Made by a program: the position numbers and the translations under genes. The notes below the pieces were generated by a model. That model worked only from the letters and a program-made list of their open reading frames with translations. It had not been told where the DNA came from and made no database searches. Positions 1 through 8,410 of a DNA stretch of 34,072 nt are shown here, piece after piece. The first letter of the stretch is position 1. Each line of letters opens with the position of its first letter. Source of the stretch: a virus (taxonomy: Duplodnaviria; Caudoviricetes); the IMG/VR virus record IMGVR_UViG_3300038334_000110, positions 1-34,072 of that record; one strand, given 5' to 3'.

Positions 1-402
1 ATGAACACGAAGGAATATCTATCGCAGGCCTATCGGATTGATCAGCGTATCAATAGCAAGCTCGCAATGGTGATGAATCTGCGAGAACTGCTTGAAAAAA
101 CAAATGTGATACTGTCCGGCGCGCCGAAAGCGGCGACACCCAATCCGCACAGCATGGAGGATACCATCGCGAAGATTGTCGACCTAGAAAATGAAATCAA
201 CATGGAGATTGACACGCTCGTTGATCTCAAAGCGGACATCACACGGCGGATCAAGCGAGTGGAGAACACGGAGTATCAAACGATACTGGAACTGCGGTAT
301 CTGTGCTTCAAGCGTTGGGAAGAGATTTCGGTAGAACTGGGATACGATTTGAGATACTTATATAAGCTACATGATCAGGCGCTGGAATCGCTTAATTTGT
401 AA
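1..402 (+). CDS. DUF1492/ArpU/RinA-like phage late transcriptional regulator with C-terminal sigma-4-like HTH
   Basis: 133 aa. N-terminal KEYLSQAYRIDQRI, a coiled coil, and C-terminal ILELRYLCFKRWEEISVELGY HTH. Sits directly upstream of HNH-terS, the usual position of this family. Confidence 0.85.
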   Translation: MNTKEYLSQAYRIDQRINSKLAMVMNLRELLEKTNVILSGAPKAATPNPHSMEDTIAKIVDLENEINMEIDTLVDLKADITRRIKRVENTEYQTILELRYLCFKRWEEISVELGYDLRYLYKLHDQALESLNL

Positions 403-405
403 ATT

Positions 406-451
406 AGACAGCAAAAGACATTGAAAGACACCCTGCAACCTGTGAGATAAT
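406..451 (+). promoter_or_regulatory. Putative activator-dependent late promoter
   Basis: AGACA occurs three times at exact 10-bp spacing (406, 416, 426), replacing a -35. Extended -10 TG-A-GATAAT at 443-451. Confidence 0.6.
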
Positions 452-472
452 ACAATTGCAAAAGATGGATCG

Positions 473-503
473 AGGACCTTCGCGAAAACGCGAGGGCCTT
501 TTT
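473..503 (+). terminator. Intrinsic terminator-like hairpin just downstream of the putative late promoter
   Basis: CCTTCGCG-AAAA-CGCGAGGG stem followed by CCTTTTT. Confidence 0.65.
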
Positions 504-523
504 CCGTGCACAGGAGGAACAGG

Positions 524-892
524 ATGCCGAGAAAACCCAAGCGTCCTTGCTCCTACCCAGGGTGCGGCAAGCTGACCGATGGCCGGTACTGTGATGTGCA
601 CAGACAATCCATCGACCGTCAGTACAACCGATACCTGCGAGACCCGGAAACCAACAAGCGATACGGCCGTGCGTGGAAAAAACTCCGCGTGCGATTTCTA
701 TTACAACATCCCTTGTGTGAACAGTGCAAGAGCGAAGGCAGACTCACTGCCGCAGAGGAAGTACATCACATCCTGCCGCTGGCAAACGGCGGAAAGAATG
801 ACGAGAGCAATCTCATGGCGCTATGTAAGAGCTGCCATTCGAAGATTACGATCGGAAGCACCAACTCAAGACAGAAATTGCACACGAAATGA
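524..892 (+). CDS. Phage HNH endonuclease (terminase-associated, HK97 gp74-like)
   Basis: MPRKPKRPCSYPGC zinc knuckle, CEQC, VHHI...N...LCKSCH. AGGAGG RBS before ATG 524. Confidence 0.92.
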   Translation: MPRKPKRPCSYPGCGKLTDGRYCDVHRQSIDRQYNRYLRDPETNKRYGRAWKKLRVRFLLQHPLCEQCKSEGRLTAAEEVHHILPLANGGKNDESNLMALCKSCHSKITIGSTNSRQKLHTK

Positions 893-972
893 CCCGGTGG
901 GGGCAATTCCACCTCTGTGACCTTTGCAACTGGACAACGCGGTCGGGTCGTGTACAAACTTTCGCGGTTTCA
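893..972. other. Candidate cos/packaging region
   Basis: Non-coding gap between HNH and terS with a G-run and GC-rich core. The evidence is positional only; no cut site can be assigned. Confidence 0.4.
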
Positions 973-998
973 AGAGGTTGAATAGGCCTCTATTTTTT
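973..998 (+). terminator. Weak terminator-like hairpin before terS
   Basis: AGAGGTT-GAATA-GGCCTCT followed by ATTTTTT. Confidence 0.4.
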
Positions 999-1014
999 AT
1001 GGGAGGAAATGGAA

Positions 1015-1557
1015 ATGCCAAACGGTCATGGAGGGGCACGTCCCGGCGCGGGTCAAAAGAAAAAACCACTTGCGGATAAGATGCTTGATGGCAATCCCGG
1101 CAAGCGTAAGTTGACCGTCGTGGAATTTCCGAACGCTGTTGAGTTTCAGGGTGTGAAAATGCCGCAACCCAGCACGATGCTCTCCGCCGTACAAAAGGAC
1201 GGCAAGCCGCTCATTGCGTCGGAGATCTACGAACGTACATGGAGCTGGTTAAACGAACGCGGTTGTGCGAACATCGTCTCCCCACAGGTGTTAGAACGAT
1301 ACGCCATGAGTGCCGCACGCTGGATCCAGTGTGAAGCAGCGATCACGGAATATGGATTTCTTGCAAAGCATCCAACGACCGGTAATGCGATCCAGTCACC
1401 GTATGTGGCCATGAGCCAAAACTATATGGCGCAAACAAACCGGCTCTGGTATGAGCTCTTCCAGATCGTGAAAGAAAACTGCGCCGCCGACTACACCGGC
1501 TCCAATCCGCAGGACGATGTTATGGAGCGCCTACTGACCGCTCGCAGAGGGAAATGA
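1015..1557 (+). CDS. terS: Terminase small subunit (P27-like family)
   Basis: HGGARPGAGQKKK N-terminus, RWIQCE, GFLAKHPTTGNAIQSPYV. GGAGG spacing favours ATG 1015 over 1009. Confidence 0.9.
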   Translation: MPNGHGGARPGAGQKKKPLADKMLDGNPGKRKLTVVEFPNAVEFQGVKMPQPSTMLSAVQKDGKPLIASEIYERTWSWLNERGCANIVSPQVLERYAMSAARWIQCEAAITEYGFLAKHPTTGNAIQSPYVAMSQNYMAQTNRLWYELFQIVKENCAADYTGSNPQDDVMERLLTARRGK

Positions 1558-1736
1558 GTATGGACGAAGTACAGGCTTTTATTTATTCGCTGCGGTATCA
1601 CCGCCTGACGAGCCAGCAGCGCAAGACGCTGCGCGGACAGGCGCTCGCGGGGAATCTCCCGGCGGCACAGGCTGGCCTACGAAGAATTGTGTCGAAAGGA
1701 AAGCAGTATGGTCATTCAAACGTTGTCGGTCGATAA
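1554..1736 (+). CDS. Small phage hypothetical protein
   Basis: ATGA overlap with the terS stop. The LTSQQRKTLRGQALAG segment resembles small proteins found at this position in related prophages. Confidence 0.65.
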   Translation: MSMDEVQAFIYSLRYHRLTSQQRKTLRGQALAGNLPAAQAGLRRIVSKGKQYGHSNVVGR

Positions 1737-2946
1737 GCTCGTTCCGGCGGATTACAATCCGCGCAAAGACCTGAAGCCCGGAGACCCGGAATATGAAAAG
1801 TTGAAACGATCCTTGTCGGAGTTCGGATATGTCGAACCGGTGATCTGGAACAAGACCACCGGCCATGTCGTCGGCGGACATCAGCGCTTGAAGGTACTGA
1901 TCGACACTGGCGTAACCGAGGTCGAGTGCGTTGTCGTGGAAATGGGCGAGGACAAAGAGAAAGCGCTCAATGTCGCGCTCAACAAGATCAGCGGTGAATG
2001 GGACAAAGAGAAACTCTCCCTGTTGATCGCAGATCTACAGGGCGTAGACTTCGATGTTTCTCTGACCGGTTTTGACGCTCCCGAGCTGGATGCGCTGTTC
2101 AAAGATGCGCAGCGCAAATGCGTGCAGGACGATGATTTCGACGTCGACACGGCCCTCAAAGAACCTGCGATGACGAAACTGGGCGATCTCTGGTTGCTCG
2201 GCAAGCATAGGCTCGTCTGCGGCGACAGCACGAAACGCGATGTGTTCGAGCTTCTCATGGATGGTGGTCAAGCAAATCTCGTGGTGACAGATCCTCCTTA
2301 CAATGTGAACTATGAAGGCAGCGCGGGAAAGATTAAGAACGACAATATGACAGACTCCGCGTTCTATGATTTTCTGCTCGCTTCGTTTCAGAAAATGGAA
2401 GCCAGCATGGCGAACGACGCGTCGATCTATGTGTTTCACGCGGACACCGAAGGATTAAACTTCCGCAAGGCATTTTCGGAAGCAGGCTTCTATCTCTCCG
2501 GCACCTGCATCTGGAAGAAGCAATCACTGGTACTTGGGCGAAGTCCATATCAATGGAGGCATGAGCCGGTGTTGTTCGGCTGGAAGAAGAAGGGTCGCCA
2601 TGAGTGGTATGCTGACAGGAAACAAACGACTATCTGGGAGTTCGACAAACCCAAGCAGAACGCCGACCATCCGACCATGAAGCCGGTGGAGCTGTTGGCA
2701 TATCCGATTCAGAACTCCAGCATGGCGAACTGCGTCGTGCTCGACCCGTTTGGTGGCAGCGGCAGTACCCTGATCGCTTGCGAACAGACCGATCGCGTCT
2801 GTCGCATGATCGAGCTGGATGAAAAGTACTGCGATGTGATCGTGAAACGATACATTGAGCTGGTGGGTGATTCCGATCAGGTGTTGCTCTTCAGGGACGG
2901 TGTAAAGATTCCGTACAACGATATTCTCAAAAGTACAGATAATTAA
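1708..2946 (+). CDS. DNA N6-adenine/N4-cytosine methyltransferase (beta class) with N-terminal ParB-like domain
   Basis: YNPRK...VVGGHQRL ParB/Srx motif. DPPY precedes HPTMKP and DPFGGSGST. AAGGA RBS before ATG 1708. Confidence 0.92.
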   Translation: MVIQTLSVDKLVPADYNPRKDLKPGDPEYEKLKRSLSEFGYVEPVIWNKTTGHVVGGHQRLKVLIDTGVTEVECVVVEMGEDKEKALNVALNKISGEWDKEKLSLLIADLQGVDFDVSLTGFDAPELDALFKDAQRKCVQDDDFDVDTALKEPAMTKLGDLWLLGKHRLVCGDSTKRDVFELLMDGGQANLVVTDPPYNVNYEGSAGKIKNDNMTDSAFYDFLLASFQKMEASMANDASIYVFHADTEGLNFRKAFSEAGFYLSGTCIWKKQSLVLGRSPYQWRHEPVLFGWKKKGRHEWYADRKQTTIWEFDKPKQNADHPTMKPVELLAYPIQNSSMANCVVLDPFGGSGSTLIACEQTDRVCRMIELDEKYCDVIVKRYIELVGDSDQVLLFRDGVKIPYNDILKSTDN

Positions 2947-2947
2947 C

Positions 2948-2979
2948 TTGATACTCACTCCCGAAAGAGTGATGTATGT
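2948..2979 (+). promoter_or_regulatory. Putative promoter/operator of the accessory gene block
   Basis: TTGATA...AGAGTGATGTATG with an internal TCACTC/GAGTGA inverted repeat. A related motif occurs at 31147. Confidence 0.4.
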
Positions 2980-3009
2980 GACTACCAAATCGAAAGGAAG
3001 GTATTCACA

Positions 3010-3741
3010 ATGCAAATCAAGTACAATGTTACGGGGGACAGACGAAAGGCACTGGTCGCGGTCATGCGGGATGTGCTGCAGGACGCGACGAGATACCTCG
3101 GCGCGCCGAGCTTCGCGTTTCAGGTGGGGGCTTACACGATCGACAAGAACGGAACGGTCACTTGCCCAGAGGGCACAGATGAGACGCAGATTGAAATGCT
3201 GATCCGCGAGCTGGCACACGATGGTTTCATCGGTGAACGGGTTGGTGAAGCGACAAAGTCCGCAGAACCCAAAGAGGTCGAGGCGATTTCGCCTATTGAA
3301 GAAAACCCTCGGGCGATCGACCTAGAGCACCTCGCAGTCGAGCTGCCGAAGGATGGCATGACGCCGACCGCCATGGAGAACCTGCGGCGGTTGACCGCGA
3401 GCAAGGAAACCCTGCTCAAAAAGGTGCTCGGTACGGACAGCCTACCGATCACAGAACACTCTGACAGGATCGAGTTCGGGTGGTTCCGACCGACAGATGA
3501 TCAGGCGGAAATTGCCGCCTACTACCAACTGGTACAGGGGCTTTGCGAACTGGCAAGAACGCAGAAACGTGTGAGCGCTACGGAACAGGAAGTCGAGAAT
3601 GAGAAATACGCCTTCCGCTGCTTCCTGCTGCGGCTGGGGTTCATCGGTGCGGAGTACAAGAAAACGCGGAAGATCCTGCTCAAGAATCTTTCTGGCAACG
3701 CGGCATTTCGCACCGCGCGGGAAGCGGGTGATGAAGAATGA
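3010..3741 (+). CDS. Conserved prophage protein (often annotated 'virulence-related protein'), function unknown
   Basis: YLGAPSFAFQVG N-terminal motif and ENEKYAFRCFLLRLGFIG...LLKNLSGNAAF C-terminal motif. RBS present. Confidence 0.8.
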   Translation: MQIKYNVTGDRRKALVAVMRDVLQDATRYLGAPSFAFQVGAYTIDKNGTVTCPEGTDETQIEMLIRELAHDGFIGERVGEATKSAEPKEVEAISPIEENPRAIDLEHLAVELPKDGMTPTAMENLRRLTASKETLLKKVLGTDSLPITEHSDRIEFGWFRPTDDQAEIAAYYQLVQGLCELARTQKRVSATEQEVENEKYAFRCFLLRLGFIGAEYKKTRKILLKNLSGNAAFRTAREAGDEE

Positions 3742-3968
3742 ACATTCATCCGGAACGGCTCAAACAGCTCAAAGAATATTACGCATCCGGCACTCGGGTG
3801 ATGCTGATTCGCATGAGCGATCCATACACCAATTTGCGGTCGGGCGACTGCGGGACAGTAACGATGGTCGATGACATCGGGACGATACATGTGAACTGGG
3901 ATTGTGGTAGTTCGCTTGGAGTCGTATTCGGTGAAGATGAGTGCCGGAGAATTGAGGACAATGAGTAA
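3738..3968 (+). CDS. DUF4314 family small SH3-like protein
   Basis: GTRV.L..M.DPY...G..GTV..VDDIGTIHVNWD.GSSLGV..GED signature. ATGA overlap with the upstream gene. Confidence 0.88.
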   Translation: MNIHPERLKQLKEYYASGTRVMLIRMSDPYTNLRSGDCGTVTMVDDIGTIHVNWDCGSSLGVVFGEDECRRIEDNE

Positions 3969-4392
3969 TCGAGTATTTGTAGCATACGGTATCGGCTTGA
4001 ATCGTAGCGAAATGGCGAAGCATTGTCCGACAGCAAGGCCGCTTGGCACAACGGTATTGAAGAATTTCAAACTCGCGTTTCGTGGTGGCAATGCCAGTGC
4101 AGTTGCGACAATTGAGAAGACGAAAGGTCATAGCGTACCCGCGATCATATGGGAGATAACCCCACAAGACGAGGCCGCGTTTGATCGATGGATCGGAGTG
4201 CCGGAACTGTATCGAAAAGCTGCGATCAAAGTACACCACAATGGTTTTCTGGTGGATGCGCTTGTATACATTTTAGTCAACGACAAACCGCAGAACAAAC
4301 CGAGCGCCTTCTACTACAGCAAACTTCTGGAAGGGTATAGAGCGGCGGGCTTCGATACGGAAATTCTCAAAGTCGCGACCGAAGGAGAGTAG
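3961..4392 (+). CDS. Gamma-glutamylcyclotransferase (AIG2-like) family protein, degenerate active site
   Basis: AYG..L N-terminus, CPTA, ATIE and PS..Y motifs. Canonical YGSN reads YGIG and LD.YEG reads FDRWIG. Confidence 0.8.
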   Translation: MSNRVFVAYGIGLNRSEMAKHCPTARPLGTTVLKNFKLAFRGGNASAVATIEKTKGHSVPAIIWEITPQDEAAFDRWIGVPELYRKAAIKVHHNGFLVDALVYILVNDKPQNKPSAFYYSKLLEGYRAAGFDTEILKVATEGE

Positions 4393-4416
4393 CAAACAAA
4401 GCATTGTAATCGAGTG

Positions 4417-4452
4417 GATAAGCTCCCATTTCATGGGGGCTTGTCTTATTCT
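4417..4452 (+). terminator. Intrinsic terminator after the accessory block
   Basis: GATAAGCTCCCAT-TTC-ATGGGGGCTTGTC followed by TTATTCT. G-U pairs favour the + strand. Confidence 0.65.
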
Positions 4453-4608
4453 ATAAATAGTGATATATAAAAACCATAATAGTAGTTACAAATATTCACG
4501 GTTTTCAATTATGTCCCGACTCTCCGGCTTTCAACTGATTATATGAGTTGACGAATCGAACGATACTTCAGAGAACGTGGTAATACTTCGGTGCAGGAGG
4601 CCAATAAG

Positions 4609-7600
4609 ATGAGTCTATTGAAATTGAAACGAGCATCAATATGGATGGTCATTTTTGTTTTTATGCTTGCGCTAATCCCAGCTAGCGTGCATGCGGAAAA
4701 CAATAACGACGAATGGCAGATTGTAGGACAAACAGGTGGAACTACCAAAGCGCTGTTGACGGAAGGGACGACGTTATATATCGGCTCTGGCCTGCACGTG
4801 CTAATACTGGACGTATCTTCTCCAGAGAAGATGCGTGTGATCGGTACGAGTCCGTTGCTGCCTGATTTTGTTGAGAGTATCACTTCCGATGGCGCGGGCA
4901 GGCTCTACGTATCCTGCGGGCTAGGCGGATTGGTTGTGCTGGATGTGACAAATCCAAAGGAACCTTTACGACTTGGTGTTTTGGATACACGCGGATATAC
5001 AGAAAGCGTTACTTTACTTGATAATCTAGCGATAGTCGCGGATGGACCTCAGGGCGTGCAGATTATCGACGTTACGAACCCCGCGAAGCTGAAGACACTT
5101 TCCGAGGCGTATCCGCTCGCGTATGCGTATGATGTTGCAATCTCAGACAAAATTGCATATGTTGCTGGCGGCGGAAGCGGAGTATTTACAGTCGATTTGA
5201 CCAATCCTATAGAACCGGTTGAAGCCGGGCTAACGAGCTTAGATGGGTTCACATACGATTTAGAGATACTCAAAGGCAGGCTCTACGCAGCCTGTGCTTG
5301 GGGTGGTATTGCAGTATTGGATCTGAAAGAACCGCTTGTGCCGAAAAACATTGCAACCGCACAAACCAGCGGGTGGGCAATGGCGCTCAGTGCATTCGGA
5401 AATGATCTCTTGGTACTTGACGGCGCGGATGGCGCGATGGTATATGGAGCTGCTCCTACAATACCAGTGAGACTCTCGGCTTACACGTTGGGCGGATTTG
5501 TGCTCGACGGGGCTGTCAGTGGTACTACAGCATTTGTGCTTGATCGTGAAAAAGGACTATTGACGCTTGATCTCTCGAAGAAGACTAATCCTGATCTGAT
5601 TTGTCGCTGGATGCCCTTGTTAGAAGGACGCAGGCTGACAATGCAGGATGGAGTCTGCTACGTTGCAGGTGGACTTTCGGGTATGCACGTATTCGATGTA
5701 GCCAATACCGCAAATCCCAATGAGACGTATTGGTATGATACAGGTGGCGGGTACGCAAACAAGGTAATTCTCGCGTACAGCAAAGCATATCTAAGTGCGC
5801 ATCTTGCATCCAATGAGCCGCTCGTCATCTTTGATTCATCCAATCTGATTCAACCGAAAAAGCTGGGATTCGTGCCGAATGACGAGGCAGTATTTAATAC
5901 GGCGTTTCGTTCGATTTCGTATGCAGATGGGATGATCTATGTTCCAGGTGAATTTCACGATATGGCGGTAGATGTGCGTGATTCGGCGCATCCAGCTGTA
6001 GTGGGTAAAACTGGGATGGAGAATCCAGTCAACGGTGATTGCTCTGCGGGACTTTATATTTCAACTAGCAGTACGCAACTGCAATTAATTGACGTTACCG
6101 ATCCGATGAACCTCCGATTGATCTCACAGTTGCAGAAAAACTCTAGTGGAGAAGCAATCCGTTTTATCAATCCGACAACTGTGATTACCTCTGCAGATCC
6201 GGGCATCTGGATTGTGGACGTTTCTGATCCTCAAAATCCGAAGAGAATCGCCGAACTTGCGATTCCTGGCGGAGTGATGGATATCTTTATCGATGGGACA
6301 ACCGCGTATCTGTCGAACCTCGGCAACGGTATTCAGATCGTCGATCTTTCGGATTTGAACCAGCCGGTGCTGAAGGATTCGTTTACGACGATCGGACTAG
6401 CATACGACTGTTTTGCAAAAGACGGGCTCATCTATGTTGCCGATAGCTTTGCGGGTATGACCGTCTATCAAAAAGGAGATGCACAACCGAAGCCTGGTGA
6501 TTCGGACGCGGCGAATAGTGCCTCAAACGTGCTGTCGGTCAAGACCGGAGAGGAACCCTACTCGTTGAACTTGATGACCTCCAATCAACCTACGCCTACC
6601 GAGGTGTTCAACTATATTGTCACCAGCGCAGCTGACAGCGGAGAAGGAACGCTGCGCTACGCACTGGAACGCCTTGATCTGAACACTACGATCACATTTG
6701 ATCCCGCCGTCTTTCCCGTAGCCAAACCGGTTTCAATCGCGCTAGAATCGCCGTTACCCGAAATTTCGTGGGATCACCTGACGATCGACGCGAGCAATGC
6801 AGGGGTCATCCTTGATGGCAGCAAACTTGAGAACGGAAACGGACTGACCGTCTACTCCTTCTACAACAGAATTATGGGCTTGCAGATCGTGAATTTCCCA
6901 CAGCACGGGATTGATCTGCAAGGCGGCAGCAACGTTGTGGGCGGCAGTAGAAATATTGGTAGTGGGGCGTTGGGACAGGGAAACTTGCTGAGTGGCAACG
7001 GTTTGTATGGCATTCGAGTTGGCGGCTTTGATCAGACTGTGCTTGGTAATTTTGTCGGCATCGATATCAGCGGAGAAAAAGCGATGCCGAATTATGACGG
7101 TATATTTGTAGGAGAAGCGCTGCGAGTCACTGTTGGAGGTACTGTACCCGGTGAAGGAAACGTCATCAGCGGTAATCAGTTCATCAATTTCGATAGCTGG
7201 GGTGACCAAACGCGAGTTATTGGCAACCTCATTGGCCTTAATGCTAAAGGAACGAAAGCTGTTGTGGCAGAGACTAGCAACAATGTGGTTCTCGAAAGCA
7301 ACGTAATGAACAATATCATTGGCGGTACGACACCCGGAGAACGTAATGTCATCTCTGGTGCAGGCATCGGCGTTGTATTCAGCGACCCCAACAGCTATTG
7401 CTGCTCTGTGATTGGTAACTACATTGGCACCGATATCACGGGAACAAAATCAATTCCAAATCATGATGGTATTACGATGTGGACAAGCGGAAACCACCGC
7501 GTCGGCGGCACGCGGGCGGGAGAAGCGAATCTAATCAGCGGCAATCTCAACGGCGTGCAGCTAAATGGTTATGGCGTGTCGGACAATATCGTACTTGGTA

Positions 7601-8235
7601 ATATCATAGGGTATGACGCAAACGGGAAACCTTTGCCGAACGAAACTCCAGTTTCGGTAAACATGGGACAGAAACACGCGATCATCGGCGGATATACGCA
7701 GCAAGAGGGTAACCGCATTTACGGCGGGTCGATCTCAATGCGCATCACCAACCGCGGCATACAATCTTGCTATATCGCGGGTAACGATATCGACAACCCA
7801 GACGGCCTAGCGATTTACTTTGAGGATGGCGCGAACAATAACTTTGTGCAGGGGAATACGTTCGGTAAATCGCGGGGCAATATCTTGCGCGTGGACTTTG
7901 GTGATGGGAATATGCTGCGCTCAAACGCATTTGCAGGACAAAAAGCACAGGACATTATCCTGCTACTCGAGGGTGGAAATAGTGAGCTGGCAGCACCGAC
8001 GATTACCTCGGCAACAGGGACAAATGTTTCAGGCACAACCTGTGCGTTTGGACGAGTAGAAGTCTACCTGTTCGAAAAGACAGGAATTACATCCATCGGA
8101 TTTGTTCTAGCCGATCAAAGTGGGGCATTTTCCTTTAAAGGAAATGCACCGTTGAGCGGAAAGCAGTTAGTTTTGCTTGTAACCGATGTGCTGAGCAATA
8201 CATCGATGTTCTCACGACCCTACACCGTTTCATGA
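4609..8235 (+). CDS. Large secreted LVIVD-repeat beta-propeller plus right-handed beta-helix protein (cargo)
   Basis: Signal peptide ending SVHA. Many A.G..GL.I.DV.NP..P repeats over the first ~620 aa, then VTSAADSGEGTLRYAL and repeated GN.IG.D..G / IGGT.PGE.NVISG beta-helix units. AGGAGG before ATG 4609. Confidence 0.85.
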   Translation: MSLLKLKRASIWMVIFVFMLALIPASVHAENNNDEWQIVGQTGGTTKALLTEGTTLYIGSGLHVLILDVSSPEKMRVIGTSPLLPDFVESITSDGAGRLYVSCGLGGLVVLDVTNPKEPLRLGVLDTRGYTESVTLLDNLAIVADGPQGVQIIDVTNPAKLKTLSEAYPLAYAYDVAISDKIAYVAGGGSGVFTVDLTNPIEPVEAGLTSLDGFTYDLEILKGRLYAACAWGGIAVLDLKEPLVPKNIATAQTSGWAMALSAFGNDLLVLDGADGAMVYGAAPTIPVRLSAYTLGGFVLDGAVSGTTAFVLDREKGLLTLDLSKKTNPDLICRWMPLLEGRRLTMQDGVCYVAGGLSGMHVFDVANTANPNETYWYDTGGGYANKVILAYSKAYLSAHLASNEPLVIFDSSNLIQPKKLGFVPNDEAVFNTAFRSISYADGMIYVPGEFHDMAVDVRDSAHPAVVGKTGMENPVNGDCSAGLYISTSSTQLQLIDVTDPMNLRLISQLQKNSSGEAIRFINPTTVITSADPGIWIVDVSDPQNPKRIAELAIPGGVMDIFIDGTTAYLSNLGNGIQIVDLSDLNQPVLKDSFTTIGLAYDCFAKDGLIYVADSFAGMTVYQKGDAQPKPGDSDAANSASNVLSVKTGEEPYSLNLMTSNQPTPTEVFNYIVTSAADSGEGTLRYALERLDLNTTITFDPAVFPVAKPVSIALESPLPEISWDHLTIDASNAGVILDGSKLENGNGLTVYSFYNRIMGLQIVNFPQHGIDLQGGSNVVGGSRNIGSGALGQGNLLSGNGLYGIRVGGFDQTVLGNFVGIDISGEKAMPNYDGIFVGEALRVTVGGTVPGEGNVISGNQFINFDSWGDQTRVIGNLIGLNAKGTKAVVAETSNNVVLESNVMNNIIGGTTPGERNVISGAGIGVVFSDPNSYCCSVIGNYIGTDITGTKSIPNHDGITMWTSGNHRVGGTRAGEANLISGNLNGVQLNGYGVSDNIVLGNIIGYDANGKPLPNETPVSVNMGQKHAIIGGYTQQEGNRIYGGSISMRITNRGIQSCYIAGNDIDNPDGLAIYFEDGANNNFVQGNTFGKSRGNILRVDFGDGNMLRSNAFAGQKAQDIILLLEGGNSELAAPTITSATGTNVSGTTCAFGRVEVYLFEKTGITSIGFVLADQSGAFSFKGNAPLSGKQLVLLVTDVLSNTSMFSRPYTVS

Positions 8236-8360
8236 TGATCAGGATATGAAGTTCTGCAATCCCCATCTTCCAACGTGAGGCGCCGTCGCCGCCGCTGATC
8301 GACTTACGAACCCGGTGCAGCATATGCCCCGCATTTAATGAAAAACAAAACAAAAAGGGC

Positions 8361-8393
8361 ACGGAGGCTCAAGTGGGCCTCCGTTTCGATTTT
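8361..8393 (+). terminator. Intrinsic terminator immediately upstream of the terL RBS
   Basis: ACGGAGGCTC-AAGT-GGGCCTCCGT followed by TTCGATTTT. Confidence 0.6.
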
Positions 8394-8410
8394 ACGAGGA
8401 GGAGGCGGTG

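Noticed and set aside
4531-4570. TCAACT-N9-AGTTGA palindrome and LexA-like CGAAC-GATA-CTTC upstream of the LVIVD gene
   Set aside because: The palindrome is short, the SOS-box match is imperfect (CTTC instead of GTTC), and no promoter could be confidently tied to either.
8236-8360. Possible gene remnant or RNA after the LVIVD gene
   Set aside because: No convincing ORF, RBS or stable structure could be identified by eye.
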